A stretch of 64,000 nucleotides of DNA, taken from contig CAQIDI010000002.1 of the NCBI GenBank assembly GCA_948806215.1, forward strand, positions 12,968 through 76,967. The letters run 5' to 3'. The position numbers and the translations under genes are program-made. Source of the stretch: an uncultured Eubacteriales bacterium. GTDB lineage: Bacteria > Bacillota > Clostridia > Christensenellales > UBA1242. Of the stretch, positions 34,952 through 45,411 are shown piece after piece. Positions within the stretch are counted from its first letter, which is position 1, and each line of letters opens with the position of its first letter. The notes beneath the pieces are model-generated. The model worked only from the letters and a program-made list of their open reading frames with translations. It had not been told where the DNA came from and ran no database searches.

Positions 34952-36056
34952 TTAACTTTTCTCCCACTTTAAATATTCAACAACAAATTCTTCTAATTCG
35001 CCATTCATAACGCCCATAACATCGCTTGATTTAAAATTAGTGCGATGGTCGCTAACCATTGTGTAAGGGCAAAAAACATAGCTTCTAATTTGACTGCCCC
35101 ATTCAATTTTTTTAGAATCGCCTTTTAATTTTAAAGCAGCCTTTTTGTTTTCTTCTTCCTTAAGTGCAACCAGTTTACTTTTTAAAACTTTAAAAGCTGT
35201 TTCACGATTTTTAATTTGACTGCGTTCGTTTTGGCAAGTTACCACAATCCCTGTTGGAATGTGTGTTAATCTTATTGCGCTATCGGTTTTGTTAACGTGT
35301 TGCCCACCAGCTCCGGAACTTCTGTAAGTATCAACTCTAACTTCATCGGCATTAATAACCACCGATGTATCATCTTCTACTTCTGGCATAACTTCAACAC
35401 TTGCAAAACTTGTGTGGCGGCGTTTATTAGCATCAAACGGACTAATTCTAACCAACCTATGCACACCAATTTCGCTTTTTAAATAACCATAGGCGTTAAA
35501 CCCGTTAACCATAAAAGTAACACTTTTCAAACCTGCCCCATCGCCATCTAAACTATCAACAACTTCAATTTGGTAGCCCTTTAGTTTTGCATACATATTA
35601 TACATTCTAAAAAGCATTTGAACCCAATCGCAACTTTCTGTTCCACCAGCGCCACTATGAATTTTTACAATAGCATTATTTTTATCGTATTTATCGCTAA
35701 GCAAAGTTTGAACATAAAGCCCATTTATTTGCTTTGTTAATCTGGCTAGTTCCGAGTTTACAAAAGCAATAGCATTACTATCGCTTTCCTGCACATTTTG
35801 CATTCCGAATTCTAAAAAACTTAAGTCTTCTTTAAGTTTTTCGTATTCTTCAATTTGATATTTTAAATTTTTTAATTCAATATTATAGCTTGTGCTGAGT
35901 TTAATATTTGAATAAACAGATGCATTTAATAGTTCTTTTTCTAAAAACTCAATTCTACTTTTTTTAGAATTTAAGTCAAAGACACTGACAGCAAACATTT
36001 AAGCTGTCAGTAAGTTTTTTAAATTGTTCTTGCTCGTTTTCAAAATTAAATAACAT
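34952..36056 (-). CDS. prfB: peptide chain release factor 2, requiring a programmed +1 frameshift
   Basis: Frame 0 is ATG 36056 ... CTT TGA (stop at 35978-35976). The +1 frame continues FDLNSKK... with an SPF motif (RISPFD) and GGQ (SGAGGQHVN). The ORF track shows only the downstream frame. Confidence 0.93.
35975..35981 (-). other. prfB +1 programmed frameshift site CTT TGA C
   Basis: The canonical autoregulatory heptamer at codons 26-27. No SD-like stimulator is seen upstream (TGC TGT CAG TGT). Confidence 0.9.
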
Positions 36057-36081
36057 TTTTATTTCCTTAATTAAACTTTAA

Positions 36082-36630
36082 TCACTTATTTAAAACTTTT
36101 CTTAATTTAACTATTTGTGAACTGTATTTTTTTGTTAACCACTCTTTAACATCGCTTGGCAAATTATCTATTCTGGCAGGATTAAAATTATCCGACATAT
36201 CTGCTTCTTTTAACCTAATAGCATTAATATTATTGCTAGCAATTATTTTATCTATTTTTTTATAATATAAAGCCAATTTTTGTTTTTGTGATAAATTTTC
36301 GGTGTTAACATTTTCGTTTGTTACAAGTTTAACAATATCTAAAATTTCGTTAGTAAAACCAACATCTAATAAATCGTTATAGGTAACACAAGTATCTTCT
36401 AAGGTATCGTGTAATAATCCAGCAACTTTTTCAATGGGTTCTTTTAAGCTGTTTGATACCCTTATTAAATGCCCAACATAGGGCTTGTTATCTTTATCCA
36501 CAACATTTTTAAACAGTTTATTAACTATGGTTTCGGCTTTAACATACAAATCGTTTATTTCTAAAAGTTCTTCAAACTCTTGCAAAGAAAAATATTTTAA
36601 TAAATTATTATGTTTTAACTTACTATCCAT
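36082..36630 (-). CDS. stand-alone HD-domain protein of the RelA/SpoT hydrolase type (small alarmone hydrolase-like)
   Basis: 182 aa with GHLIRV....AGLLHDTLEDT and a downstream LKEADMSDN, matching the (p)ppGpp hydrolase HD pattern. Confidence 0.65.
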   Translation of the reverse strand: MDSKLKHNNLLKYFSLQEFEELLEINDLYVKAETIVNKLFKNVVDKDNKPYVGHLIRVSNSLKEPIEKVAGLLHDTLEDTCVTYNDLLDVGFTNEILDIVKLVTNENVNTENLSQKQKLALYYKKIDKIIASNNINAIRLKEADMSDNFNPARIDNLPSDVKEWLTKKYSSQIVKLRKVLNK

Positions 36631-36643
36631 ATTTAACCACCAT

Positions 36644-37060
36644 TTATTTTTTATATTGTTTTACAATTTTTAAAAATGCTTTTGTTATATCGTTATAATC
36701 ATTATAGAAAATAACTTTAGTAGCCAAATTTTCCATAGTTAACGAAATATCGCTACCAGTTTTTGCAATTACATAAATAGGAACATTATTAGCATAGCAA
36801 TAGCCTGCGCCAATTCCTAGCCCAACACCTTTTTCAGAAAATTCTATAATAATCATATCGCTAGCTTTCATTGCCGGAAAAGCATAATCTATCATTAGTT
36901 TTTTCCCCTTTGGCAAAGTTGCCTCGCCATACTTTTCAACATCTCTAGCCATAACAGTGTTTTTTATTCCTGCTTTTAATAAAGCCTCGGTTAATTTATC
37001 AATTTTGATTTTATCTTCTTCACCATCGTGAAATTTTAACGACATAAATGCATTTATCAT
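36644..37060 (-). CDS. nucleoside 2-deoxyribosyltransferase-like (Rossmann-like) small protein
   Basis: 138 aa. The segment MIIIEFSEKGVGLGIGAGYCYANNVPIYVI resembles the NDT/Rcl family core, but the assignment is tentative. Confidence 0.45.
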   Translation of the reverse strand: MINAFMSLKFHDGEEDKIKIDKLTEALLKAGIKNTVMARDVEKYGEATLPKGKKLMIDYAFPAMKASDMIIIEFSEKGVGLGIGAGYCYANNVPIYVIAKTGSDISLTMENLATKVIFYNDYNDITKAFLKIVKQYKK

Positions 37061-37089
37061 ATTAAAACCTCTTAAACATTAATCCTTTG

Positions 37090-37665
37090 TTATTTTAAAT
37101 TTTCCGGAATAAAACTTTTTAGTTTTTGCTTTAATTGTTCAACAACACCATTCAATTCTGGAAAATGCAAAACATATGTATCAGCAAAATTAATAATAAA
37201 ATTGTAATCTTCTAAAACTTGTAAATCCTTGCACTTGTTTTGTATCATATGGTTTTGAGCTTCGATTTTATCAACCAAGTTTGCAAATAATGCTTCTCTG
37301 GTTTGTTTTTCTTCAAACTCATTAAAAAATTTAATAATATATGGTTTTTTAAATTTTTCGCTAATAGCACTAATTTTATTAACTTCTTCAATATGTTTTA
37401 ATTGTTTTATATTAGCATTACCAGCACTGTTTGGAGCTTCGATATCAAATTTCATACCAGCTTCTGCTAGGTCGTGAAACAATAATAGTTCCAACACGTG
37501 AGATTTGTTTAGTTTTAAATCGTACTTCGCCATTAAATCGTAGGCAACAAACAATGTTCCAAAAATGTGACCCGCCACATTTTCGTGCATTGCTTTAAAC
37601 GACTTATATCTTGTAACGCATTTTAATTGTTCAATATAACTATAGAACTCGATTAATTCTTCCAT
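37090..37665 (-). CDS. HD-domain phosphohydrolase, YfbR-like 5'-nucleotidase family
   Basis: 191 aa with ENVAGHIF and LLLFHDLAEAG motifs. Confidence 0.6.
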   Translation of the reverse strand: MEELIEFYSYIEQLKCVTRYKSFKAMHENVAGHIFGTLFVAYDLMAKYDLKLNKSHVLELLLFHDLAEAGMKFDIEAPNSAGNANIKQLKHIEEVNKISAISEKFKKPYIIKFFNEFEEKQTREALFANLVDKIEAQNHMIQNKCKDLQVLEDYNFIINFADTYVLHFPELNGVVEQLKQKLKSFIPENLK

Positions 37666-37682
37666 TAGTTAATCCTTAAATA

Positions 37683-40352
37683 TTATTTTCCGCAGCAGTT
37701 CTTATATTTTTTACCACTTCCGCAAGGGCACGAATCATTACGTCCAACAACACTCTTATTTGTTTTTGTGTTTGATTTTTCTGGATTATTATCAACCATA
37801 ACAACAGGTTTTGTTTTTTGAATTATTGGTTGAATATCAATTCTAACGTGCATTAAGAAAGTTGCAACTTCTTCACGAATGGTTGTAATCATTTTATCAA
37901 ACAATTCGTAGCCTTCTTCTTTATAAGCAACAACTGGGTCGTGATTACCATATGCCCTTAAGCCAATTTCGTTACGAAGCATATTCATATAATCCAAATG
38001 ATCCATCCATAAAGTATCAACAACTTTTAGCATAATTGCTCTTTCAATGGCTTCAAAGTTAATATTTAGTGCAGTTAGTTCATCACATTTTTTCTGATAA
38101 TATGCAATGGCGTTAGCCGAAATTTTTTCGGCTGCTTCTTCGGCAGCTAATCCTTCCACCACTTCTGGTGTTACTAAATTATAATCCGGAACAAACACTT
38201 TAGCATTTAACGCATTATTTAACTCTTCTAAATTCCATTCGTCATACATACTATCGTCACTAATATGATCGTAAACAACATCTTCGGTTAGTTCCCTAAT
38301 CATATCAATAACTTCTTCGTGCACATTAGCACCATCTAAAACACGGTTGCGCTCGTCGTAAACAATAGTTCTTTGAGCATTTAAAACATCGTCGTAGCGA
38401 AGCACATTGGAACGAGCAGAAAAGTTAAAGCCTTCAATTCGTTTTTGCGAAGCCTCGATTCGGTGCGATAACATTTTAAATTGATAAGGAGTATCCTCAT
38501 CCATTTTAAACATTGTAACAATTTTTTTCATTTGGTCGCCACCAAAGCGTCTAATAAGTTCGTCTTCCATACTAACATAGAACACACTGCTTCCTGGATC
38601 GCCTTGACGGCCGGCACGACCACGCAACTGGTTATCAATTCTGCGGCTTTCGTGTCGCTCGGTGCCAATTATGTGAAGACCACCAACAGCAATAACCTTT
38701 TTCTTTTCGGCATCGGTTACAACTTTAAATTCGTTATAGGCTTTTCTGTAGCGTTCACGCATTTTATTTAACTCTTCGTTATCGGTTTCAACAAACGAAG
38801 TGCAAAATTCTAATTGTTCATCGGTAAACCCTAGTTCTCTCATTTTTTGTTTAGCCATAAATTCTGGGTTACCACCAAGCAAAATATCGGTTCCACGACC
38901 AGCCATATTTGTTGCAATTGTAACACTGCCAAGTCGGCCTGCTTGTGCAATAATTTCGCTTTCTTGTTGATGATTTTTAGCATTTAACACAAAATGTTTA
39001 ACTTTTGCTTGTTTTAATAGTTTAGAAACATACTCGCTTTTTTCGATTGTTATTGTGCCTATTAAAACTGGCCTACCTTCGGCGTGAATTTCTTTAACTT
39101 CTTCAACTAAGTTTCTAAATTTAGCATCTTCTGTTGCATAAATAATATCTGGATAATCAACACGCCTAATTTGCTTGTTAGTTGGAATTGTAACAACATC
39201 TAATCCATAAATTTTGTTAAATTCGATTTCTTCGGTTTTGGCAGTACCTGTCATACCACTTAGTTTTTTATAAATTCTAAAGAAGTTTTGGAATGTAATG
39301 GTTGCCAAGGTTTTGTTTTCGTCCTTAATTTCAACACCTTCTTTAGCTTCGATAGCTTGATGAAGACCATTAGAATATTTTCTGCCTTCCATTAATCTAC
39401 CGGTAAATTCATCTACAATAACAACTTCGTTATCACGAACAATATAGTTATTGTTAATTTTCATAATGTATTGTGCTCTTAAAGCATTGTTAATGTGATG
39501 GTTAAGTTCTATGTTGTTAACATCACTTAAGTTTTCAACTTTAAAATATCTTTCGGCCTTAGTTACACCTTGCTCGGTTAATCTTATTGCTTTTTCTTTT
39601 TCGTCAATTTCGTAATCGTCTGTTGTTAAACGCTTTGCAAAAGCTGCTGCAGTTTTATAGGTTTCGTTGCTTTTAAAACCCATACCCGAAATAATTAACG
39701 GAGTTCTTGCTTCATCAATTAAAATACTATCAACCTCGTCCACAATAGCAAAGTGATAACCTCTTGCTACTCTATCTTCTTTTTTGGTTACCATATTATC
39801 ACGCAAATAATCAAAGCCAAGTTCGTTATTTGTTGAATAGGTAATATCGCAAGCATAAGCATCACGTTTGTCGCTTGGGCTCATACCCGACATAGAAACA
39901 CCAACGGTTAAACCTAAAAATGTAAACAATTTGCCCATCCACTCGGCATCACGTTTAGAAAGATATTCGTTAACTGTTACAATGTGAACACCCTTACCTT
40001 CTAATGCAACTAAATAAGCCGGCAAAGTTTCCACCAAAGTTTTACCTTCACCAGTTCTCATTTCGGCAATTCTACCTTGGAACAATGCAATACCACCTAA
40101 TAATTGCACATAAAAGTGTCGCATACCAAGAACACGCTCACTAGCTTCTCGAACCAAAGCATAGGCATCTGGTAAAATATCTTTTAATTTTTCACCATCA
40201 GCTAAGCGTTGTTTTAATTTAGGTGTGGTTGCTTTTAATTCTTCATCGGTTAAACCTTTATAATAATCCGATTTGCTTTCAATTAAATTCGCAATTTTTT
40301 GTAGCTTTTTTACATTGCGATCGTTATCGCTTTTAAATAATTTAAATCCCAT
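37683..40352 (-). CDS. secA: preprotein translocase ATPase SecA
   Basis: 889 aa with a DEAD-like motor (MRTGEGKT, DEVDSILIDEARTPLI) and a C-terminal zinc-binding CPCGSGKKYKNCCG. Confidence 0.97.
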   Translation of the reverse strand: MGFKLFKSDNDRNVKKLQKIANLIESKSDYYKGLTDEELKATTPKLKQRLADGEKLKDILPDAYALVREASERVLGMRHFYVQLLGGIALFQGRIAEMRTGEGKTLVETLPAYLVALEGKGVHIVTVNEYLSKRDAEWMGKLFTFLGLTVGVSMSGMSPSDKRDAYACDITYSTNNELGFDYLRDNMVTKKEDRVARGYHFAIVDEVDSILIDEARTPLIISGMGFKSNETYKTAAAFAKRLTTDDYEIDEKEKAIRLTEQGVTKAERYFKVENLSDVNNIELNHHINNALRAQYIMKINNNYIVRDNEVVIVDEFTGRLMEGRKYSNGLHQAIEAKEGVEIKDENKTLATITFQNFFRIYKKLSGMTGTAKTEEIEFNKIYGLDVVTIPTNKQIRRVDYPDIIYATEDAKFRNLVEEVKEIHAEGRPVLIGTITIEKSEYVSKLLKQAKVKHFVLNAKNHQQESEIIAQAGRLGSVTIATNMAGRGTDILLGGNPEFMAKQKMRELGFTDEQLEFCTSFVETDNEELNKMRERYRKAYNEFKVVTDAEKKKVIAVGGLHIIGTERHESRRIDNQLRGRAGRQGDPGSSVFYVSMEDELIRRFGGDQMKKIVTMFKMDEDTPYQFKMLSHRIEASQKRIEGFNFSARSNVLRYDDVLNAQRTIVYDERNRVLDGANVHEEVIDMIRELTEDVVYDHISDDSMYDEWNLEELNNALNAKVFVPDYNLVTPEVVEGLAAEEAAEKISANAIAYYQKKCDELTALNINFEAIERAIMLKVVDTLWMDHLDYMNMLRNEIGLRAYGNHDPVVAYKEEGYELFDKMITTIREEVATFLMHVRIDIQPIIQKTKPVVMVDNNPEKSNTKTNKSVVGRNDSCPCGSGKKYKNCCGK

Positions 40353-40523
40353 AGCTCTCCTAAAAAACTTTTAATTACGCTTAATATTTTACTACAATTT
40401 AAAACTTACTCCAACGGAATATAAATAATATTTATTAAATAACTAATGCGTATTTTGAAATTTTTTGTTGCATTATTATAACAAAAAAATAAAACAGCTT
40501 TTGTTCGCCATTTTATTTTTTAA

Positions 40524-41216
40524 CTATTTAATTATTGTGTGCGCAAAAGTTACGCCATAAACATTTTTAGCACCAGCTAATTTTAACACTTTTGCAATGG
40601 CATTTATTGTTGCTCCTGTTGTGTAAACATCATCAACAAGCAAAACATTCTTCCCTTTAACTTTGCTTTTATTTGTAACAACAAAAGCATCCTCAACATT
40701 TTGCTTTCGTTCCTTTTTAGTTAAGTGAGTTTGAGTGGCTGTGTTTTTGCTTCTTGTTACAACTGCTAAATCAACTTTATATCCCGCTTCACTAAAGGCA
40801 ACAGTTAATAATTCCGACTGATTAAAACCTCGTTCGCCTTCTCTGCGTAAGTTAAGTGGAACAGGAATAACAACATCAACATCTATGTTTTGTTCTAACA
40901 ACGATTGTAACATTAAGTTACTTAAAGTTCTGGCATAATAAATTTTGCCGTTATATTTTAATCCGTGAATTAGGCTAATAACATCGCCATCAAAAATATA
41001 TGGTGCAAAACACTTTGTAAATTCGGGGAGTTCCTTTTTGCAGTGAACACAATATTTGCTATCAACAGTAACAGGTTCTCCGCACTTGAAACAAACTGAG
41101 CCATTTATTTTAGGCAATTTATTTAAACATTTGTCACATAAACTTAACTTTTTGTCAGAATCTATCTCTTTTCCACATACTAAACACTTATATCCATTTG
41201 GAAATAATAAACTCAT
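40524..41216 (-). CDS. comFC: ComF family protein (ComFC-like phosphoribosyltransferase)
   Basis: 230 aa with N-terminal Cys pairs (CLVC...CDKC, CFKC...CVHC) and the PRTase motif VLLVDDVYTTGATI. Its ATG overlaps the recD2 TGA (ATGA). Confidence 0.85.
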   Translation of the reverse strand: MSLLFPNGYKCLVCGKEIDSDKKLSLCDKCLNKLPKINGSVCFKCGEPVTVDSKYCVHCKKELPEFTKCFAPYIFDGDVISLIHGLKYNGKIYYARTLSNLMLQSLLEQNIDVDVVIPVPLNLRREGERGFNQSELLTVAFSEAGYKVDLAVVTRSKNTATQTHLTKKERKQNVEDAFVVTNKSKVKGKNVLLVDDVYTTGATINAIAKVLKLAGAKNVYGVTFAHTIIK

Positions 41217-43432
41217 AAATTTTCTCCTAAACTTGAAATATTGCTAACATCGCACAAAAATTGTTTAAGCATTGTGCTACGAGTTAATGTTGAACGATTG
41301 TGCACCATCATTGCAATACTTTGTTTTGACCCCACCAAAACAACCATTCGTTTTGCTCTGGTAACCGCAGTGTAAAGCAGGTTTTTTGTTAGCAACATTG
41401 GTGGGCCAGATATAACTGGAATTATAACAACATCAAATTCGCTGCCTTGGCTTTTATGAATTGTTATAGCATAAGAAAGCACCAGTTCGGCTAAATCTTT
41501 TTTCAAATATTTCGCATATCTTCCATCTTCAAACAACACAGTTATTTCTAGGCTATTTGGTTCGATAAAAGTTATTTCGCCAATATCTCCATTAAACACT
41601 CCTGTGCCTTCTTCTCTATCATCTTTGATCCAATTTCGTTCGTAGTTATTTGTTATTTGCATAACCCTATCGCCAAGCCTATAAACAACTTTTTCGGTTA
41701 CAACTTCCGGCTTTTTTAAACTAGGCGGATTTAATTTTTCTTGCAAGTTTTTGTTAAGGTTATCAACACCACAAAGCCCCGACTTCATAGGTGCTAAAAC
41801 TTGTATCTTAGCTGGATCAATATTTAGATATTTTGGAATACGTTCACAAGTTAATTTTACCACACTGCTTAGCATTTCGCTAGGTTCTTTTTTCGCCTCG
41901 TAAAAAAAGTCGGAACTTTTGTTATCAAGCAGTGGCATTTTACTATTATTAATAGAATGTGCATTAGTTATTATTAAACTATTTTCACTTTGCCTATAAA
42001 TGTGAGTTAATTCGCACACATTAATAACGCCACTTTCTATAATATCACCCAAAACATTTCCTGCCCCCACAGAAGGCAACTGGTCTTTATCGCCAACAAG
42101 CACAAGTTGAGTTCCTTTTTTTAAAGCTCTAACAAGGTAACTCATAAGCATTACATCCACCATACTAACTTCGTCAACTATTACAACATCAAATGGTAGT
42201 TTATTGTTTGCATTATAAACAAACATATTATCGCCGCTTAAAAAATCAACCACAAGTGCCCTGTGAATTGTGCTTGCTTCTTCACCAGTGCTTTCCGAAA
42301 GTCTTTTTGCAGCTCTACCAGTTGGCGCTAAAAGTTTAACAACTTTGCCCATTCCTTTAAATATTTGAAGCATACATTTAACAATGGTTGTTTTTCCTGT
42401 GCCCGGGCCACCAGTTATAACACTTACCCCATTGTTAACCGCCATCTCGATTGCGTGTTTTTGATTATCGTGCATTTGCAAGCGATTAACTTGTTCGTAA
42501 TATTTAATCGAATCGGAAACATCCAAATTTTTGCCTTTGCCCAATTCGTTTAACAAGTTTAATGTTAAGCCAACAATTTTTTCGGTGTTATAAAGTTTAC
42601 TAAGCATAATAACTTGGTTATCGTTTAGTTCAAAAACTTTTATAAGCGAATCCATAATTAAGTTATTAATAACTTTATCAATTTCAATATTATTAGTTGC
42701 AACTCTAAGCAAGTTGGTTAACTCGCTTTCTAAGTTGGGTTTTGTAATAAAAGTATTACCAGTTTTATCGCTGTTTTCTTTTAAAACGTGCAGTATTCCT
42801 GCCCTAAACCTAAACTCGCTGAGCTCACTAATACCCATTTTTTGTGCTATTTTATCGGCAGTGTAAAAACCAATGCCATCAACATCTTCACAAAGTTTAT
42901 ATGGGTTCTCTTTTAAAATATATTCGGTTTTATCAAAATAAGTATTATAAATTTTAACTGCTAGTCCGGTTGAAATGTTATACTCCTGCATAAGCATAAC
43001 CGAATTTTGCATTTTTTTAATTTCGTTAAAAGCTTCGCCAATTTCTTCGGCTTTTTTGACTGAAATTCCCCTAACTTCGCTTAGCCTTGAAGGATTAAAT
43101 TCAATAACATCTAAAGTGGCTTCGCCAAAATAATTAACAATAGAAAGTGCTGTTACTGGACCAACACCCCTAATTAGACCACTGCTAAGATATTTTACAA
43201 TACCATCTTTTGTTGTTGGTTTTGCTATTTTAGTTTTTGTTACATTAAATTGTTCGCCATAACGATTATGTTTGGTAAAACTTCCGTCTAGTTCCACACA
43301 CTCGCCTTCGGATATTTGCGGAAATTTTCCAACACACGTAATAATTTCATTATTACTTTCTAATGTTGCAACGGTGTAACCATTATCGTTATTACGAAAA
43401 ATTATTTCTTGTATAATTCCTTTTATTGTCAT
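41213..43432 (-). CDS. recD2: RecD2-type SF1B DNA helicase
   Basis: HhH-containing N terminus, Walker A GGPGTGKTT, VIVDEVSM and C-terminal YAITIHKSQGSEF. The start is uncertain: ATG at 43432 or TTG at 43447, neither with a strong SD. Confidence 0.88.
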   Translation of the reverse strand: MTIKGIIQEIIFRNNDNGYTVATLESNNEIITCVGKFPQISEGECVELDGSFTKHNRYGEQFNVTKTKIAKPTTKDGIVKYLSSGLIRGVGPVTALSIVNYFGEATLDVIEFNPSRLSEVRGISVKKAEEIGEAFNEIKKMQNSVMLMQEYNISTGLAVKIYNTYFDKTEYILKENPYKLCEDVDGIGFYTADKIAQKMGISELSEFRFRAGILHVLKENSDKTGNTFITKPNLESELTNLLRVATNNIEIDKVINNLIMDSLIKVFELNDNQVIMLSKLYNTEKIVGLTLNLLNELGKGKNLDVSDSIKYYEQVNRLQMHDNQKHAIEMAVNNGVSVITGGPGTGKTTIVKCMLQIFKGMGKVVKLLAPTGRAAKRLSESTGEEASTIHRALVVDFLSGDNMFVYNANNKLPFDVVIVDEVSMVDVMLMSYLVRALKKGTQLVLVGDKDQLPSVGAGNVLGDIIESGVINVCELTHIYRQSENSLIITNAHSINNSKMPLLDNKSSDFFYEAKKEPSEMLSSVVKLTCERIPKYLNIDPAKIQVLAPMKSGLCGVDNLNKNLQEKLNPPSLKKPEVVTEKVVYRLGDRVMQITNNYERNWIKDDREEGTGVFNGDIGEITFIEPNSLEITVLFEDGRYAKYLKKDLAELVLSYAITIHKSQGSEFDVVIIPVISGPPMLLTKNLLYTAVTRAKRMVVLVGSKQSIAMMVHNRSTLTRSTMLKQFLCDVSNISSLGENL

Positions 43433-43667
43433 AGTTAAATAATACAATAAATTAAGAATTTTAACAAATAAAAAACTTTAACCAACTAAAACATTTGTTC
43501 GCAATTTTTTTACAAACCTGTTTTTGTGTAAAAATATAAGTTATTTTATGTTTTGTTTTGGAATTTAGTAGCTTTTTAATTATACTACTATAAGTTAATA
43601 TTTATAATAACAATATTAATTTTATAATACATATATAATAAATGCTAAAAAATTTAAGGAGTTAAAC

Positions 43668-45410
43668 TTGATTAAGATACTAAAATTTTTAAAACCATAT
43701 TGGAAACTGGTAACCATAACTTGCATAATATTGTTGGTTCAAGTTATTTCAAATTTATTTGTTCCTAACTTGCTTGCAAATATGATTAAGTGCATTAAAC
43801 CACAACTTGAAAATTCGGCAATTATAGAAATTGTTGAACGAGGTGCAATAGCACTTGGTGTTGTTTTGGCTGTTATTGCTTGCCAAATCACAACTTCGTA
43901 TTTATCCAGTAAAATTGCAATGGCTTTTGGTAGAGATGTTAGAAAAGCTGTTTTTGAAAAAACACAACGCGTTGCTTTAAGCGAATTTTACTCAATTTCT
44001 ACTTCTAGTTTAATAAACAGAACAACAAACGATATTACTCAAGTTCAACAGGTTGTGTTAATGGCATTTAGAGTTATGCTTAATGCACCAATAATTTTAA
44101 TTGGCGGTTGCTTTATGGCTTTTAGTCTAGATGTTGAACTACCTTTTGTTATTCTTGCTTGTGTGCCTGTTTTAATTGCTTTGTTTTTAATTATTGGCAA
44201 ATTTATTGTTCCGTTATTTAAGCAGATGCAAGTTGCTGTTGATAAACTAACAGTTGTTGCCCGTGAAGATTTAACTGGTGTTAGAGTTATTCGTGCGTTT
44301 AATAACGATGAAGTTGAAAACGAACGTTTTAAAAAAGCCAACGAAACAGTTAGAAATATAAACACAAAAGCTAATATGCTTATGGGCTTTAATATGCCTG
44401 CTGTTGAATTTATATTTTCTATAGTAATGTTGTTAATTGTTTATTTTGGAGCATTAAAAGGAACAGGCATTGCCGATATTACTGCTTTAACACAATATGG
44501 AATGCGCATTATGATGGCGTTTGTTATGATGATTATGGTGTTTATTATGGTACCGCGTGCTAGTGCTAGTGCAAACCGTATTAACGAAATTTTAAATTTG
44601 CCAGAAACCATTCTTAGCAACGATAAAGTTAAAACTTATGTCAATTTAGATAATGCAAAAGGCAAACTAGAATTTAAAAATGTAACTTTTCAATTTCCTG
44701 ATGCCGATGAGCCAACACTAAAAGATATTAGCTTTAAAGTTGAACCAAACCAAACATTAGCAATTATTGGCGGAACTGGCAGTGGCAAAAGCACTGTTAT
44801 TAACTTAATACCTCGCTTTTACGATGTTACAAATGGCGAAATACTATTTGACGATGTTGACTTGCGAGATTATAACCCAACCGACCTTCGTTCAAAAATT
44901 GCATTGGCCAGCCAAAAAGTTGAACTGTTTAGTGGCACAATAATGGAAAATCTTAAATACGGAAATCCTAATGCAACCGAAGAAGAAATTAAAAAAGCGT
45001 GCAAACTTGCTTGTGCCGACACCTTTATTGAGGAAAAAGAAGATGGATATAATTATGTTATTCAAAAGGGTGCTGGAAACCTTAGTGGTGGGCAAAAGCA
45101 AAGGCTTAACATTGCAAGAGCTATTATTAAAAATCCAAAGCTATTTATTTTTGATGATAGCTTTAGCGCACTAGATTTTAAAACCGACGCGCAAATTAGA
45201 AAAAACATTAAAGAAAATGTTAAAGATGCAACTATTATTATTGTTGCTCAGCGCGTTAACACAATTATGAATGCCGATAACATTTTAGTTTTAAACGATG
45301 GCAATGCAGTTGGTTATGGCTCACACGAAAAACTTATGAAATCCTGTCCAGAATATAAAGAACTGGTTGAAAGCCAAACAAAACAAAATAAAGTTAAAGG
45401 AGGAAAATAA
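43668..45410 (+). CDS. ABC exporter subunit (fused permease-ATPase)
   Basis: 580 aa with a TTG start after AAGGAG. Motifs are GGTGSGKST, LSGGQKQR and FIFDDSFSALD (degenerate Walker B end). Confidence 0.9.
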   Translation: MIKILKFLKPYWKLVTITCIILLVQVISNLFVPNLLANMIKCIKPQLENSAIIEIVERGAIALGVVLAVIACQITTSYLSSKIAMAFGRDVRKAVFEKTQRVALSEFYSISTSSLINRTTNDITQVQQVVLMAFRVMLNAPIILIGGCFMAFSLDVELPFVILACVPVLIALFLIIGKFIVPLFKQMQVAVDKLTVVAREDLTGVRVIRAFNNDEVENERFKKANETVRNINTKANMLMGFNMPAVEFIFSIVMLLIVYFGALKGTGIADITALTQYGMRIMMAFVMMIMVFIMVPRASASANRINEILNLPETILSNDKVKTYVNLDNAKGKLEFKNVTFQFPDADEPTLKDISFKVEPNQTLAIIGGTGSGKSTVINLIPRFYDVTNGEILFDDVDLRDYNPTDLRSKIALASQKVELFSGTIMENLKYGNPNATEEEIKKACKLACADTFIEEKEDGYNYVIQKGAGNLSGGQKQRLNIARAIIKNPKLFIFDDSFSALDFKTDAQIRKNIKENVKDATIIIVAQRVNTIMNADNILVLNDGNAVGYGSHEKLMKSCPEYKELVESQTKQNKVKGGK

Positions 45411-45411
45411 T

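Noticed and set aside
43547-43664. Tiny uORFs upstream of the second ABC exporter pair (MFCFGI at about 43547 and MLKNLRS at 43641-43664, overlapping the SD).
   Set aside because: They lack SDs and any associated terminator or alternative helix. They are likely chance ORFs in AT-rich DNA.
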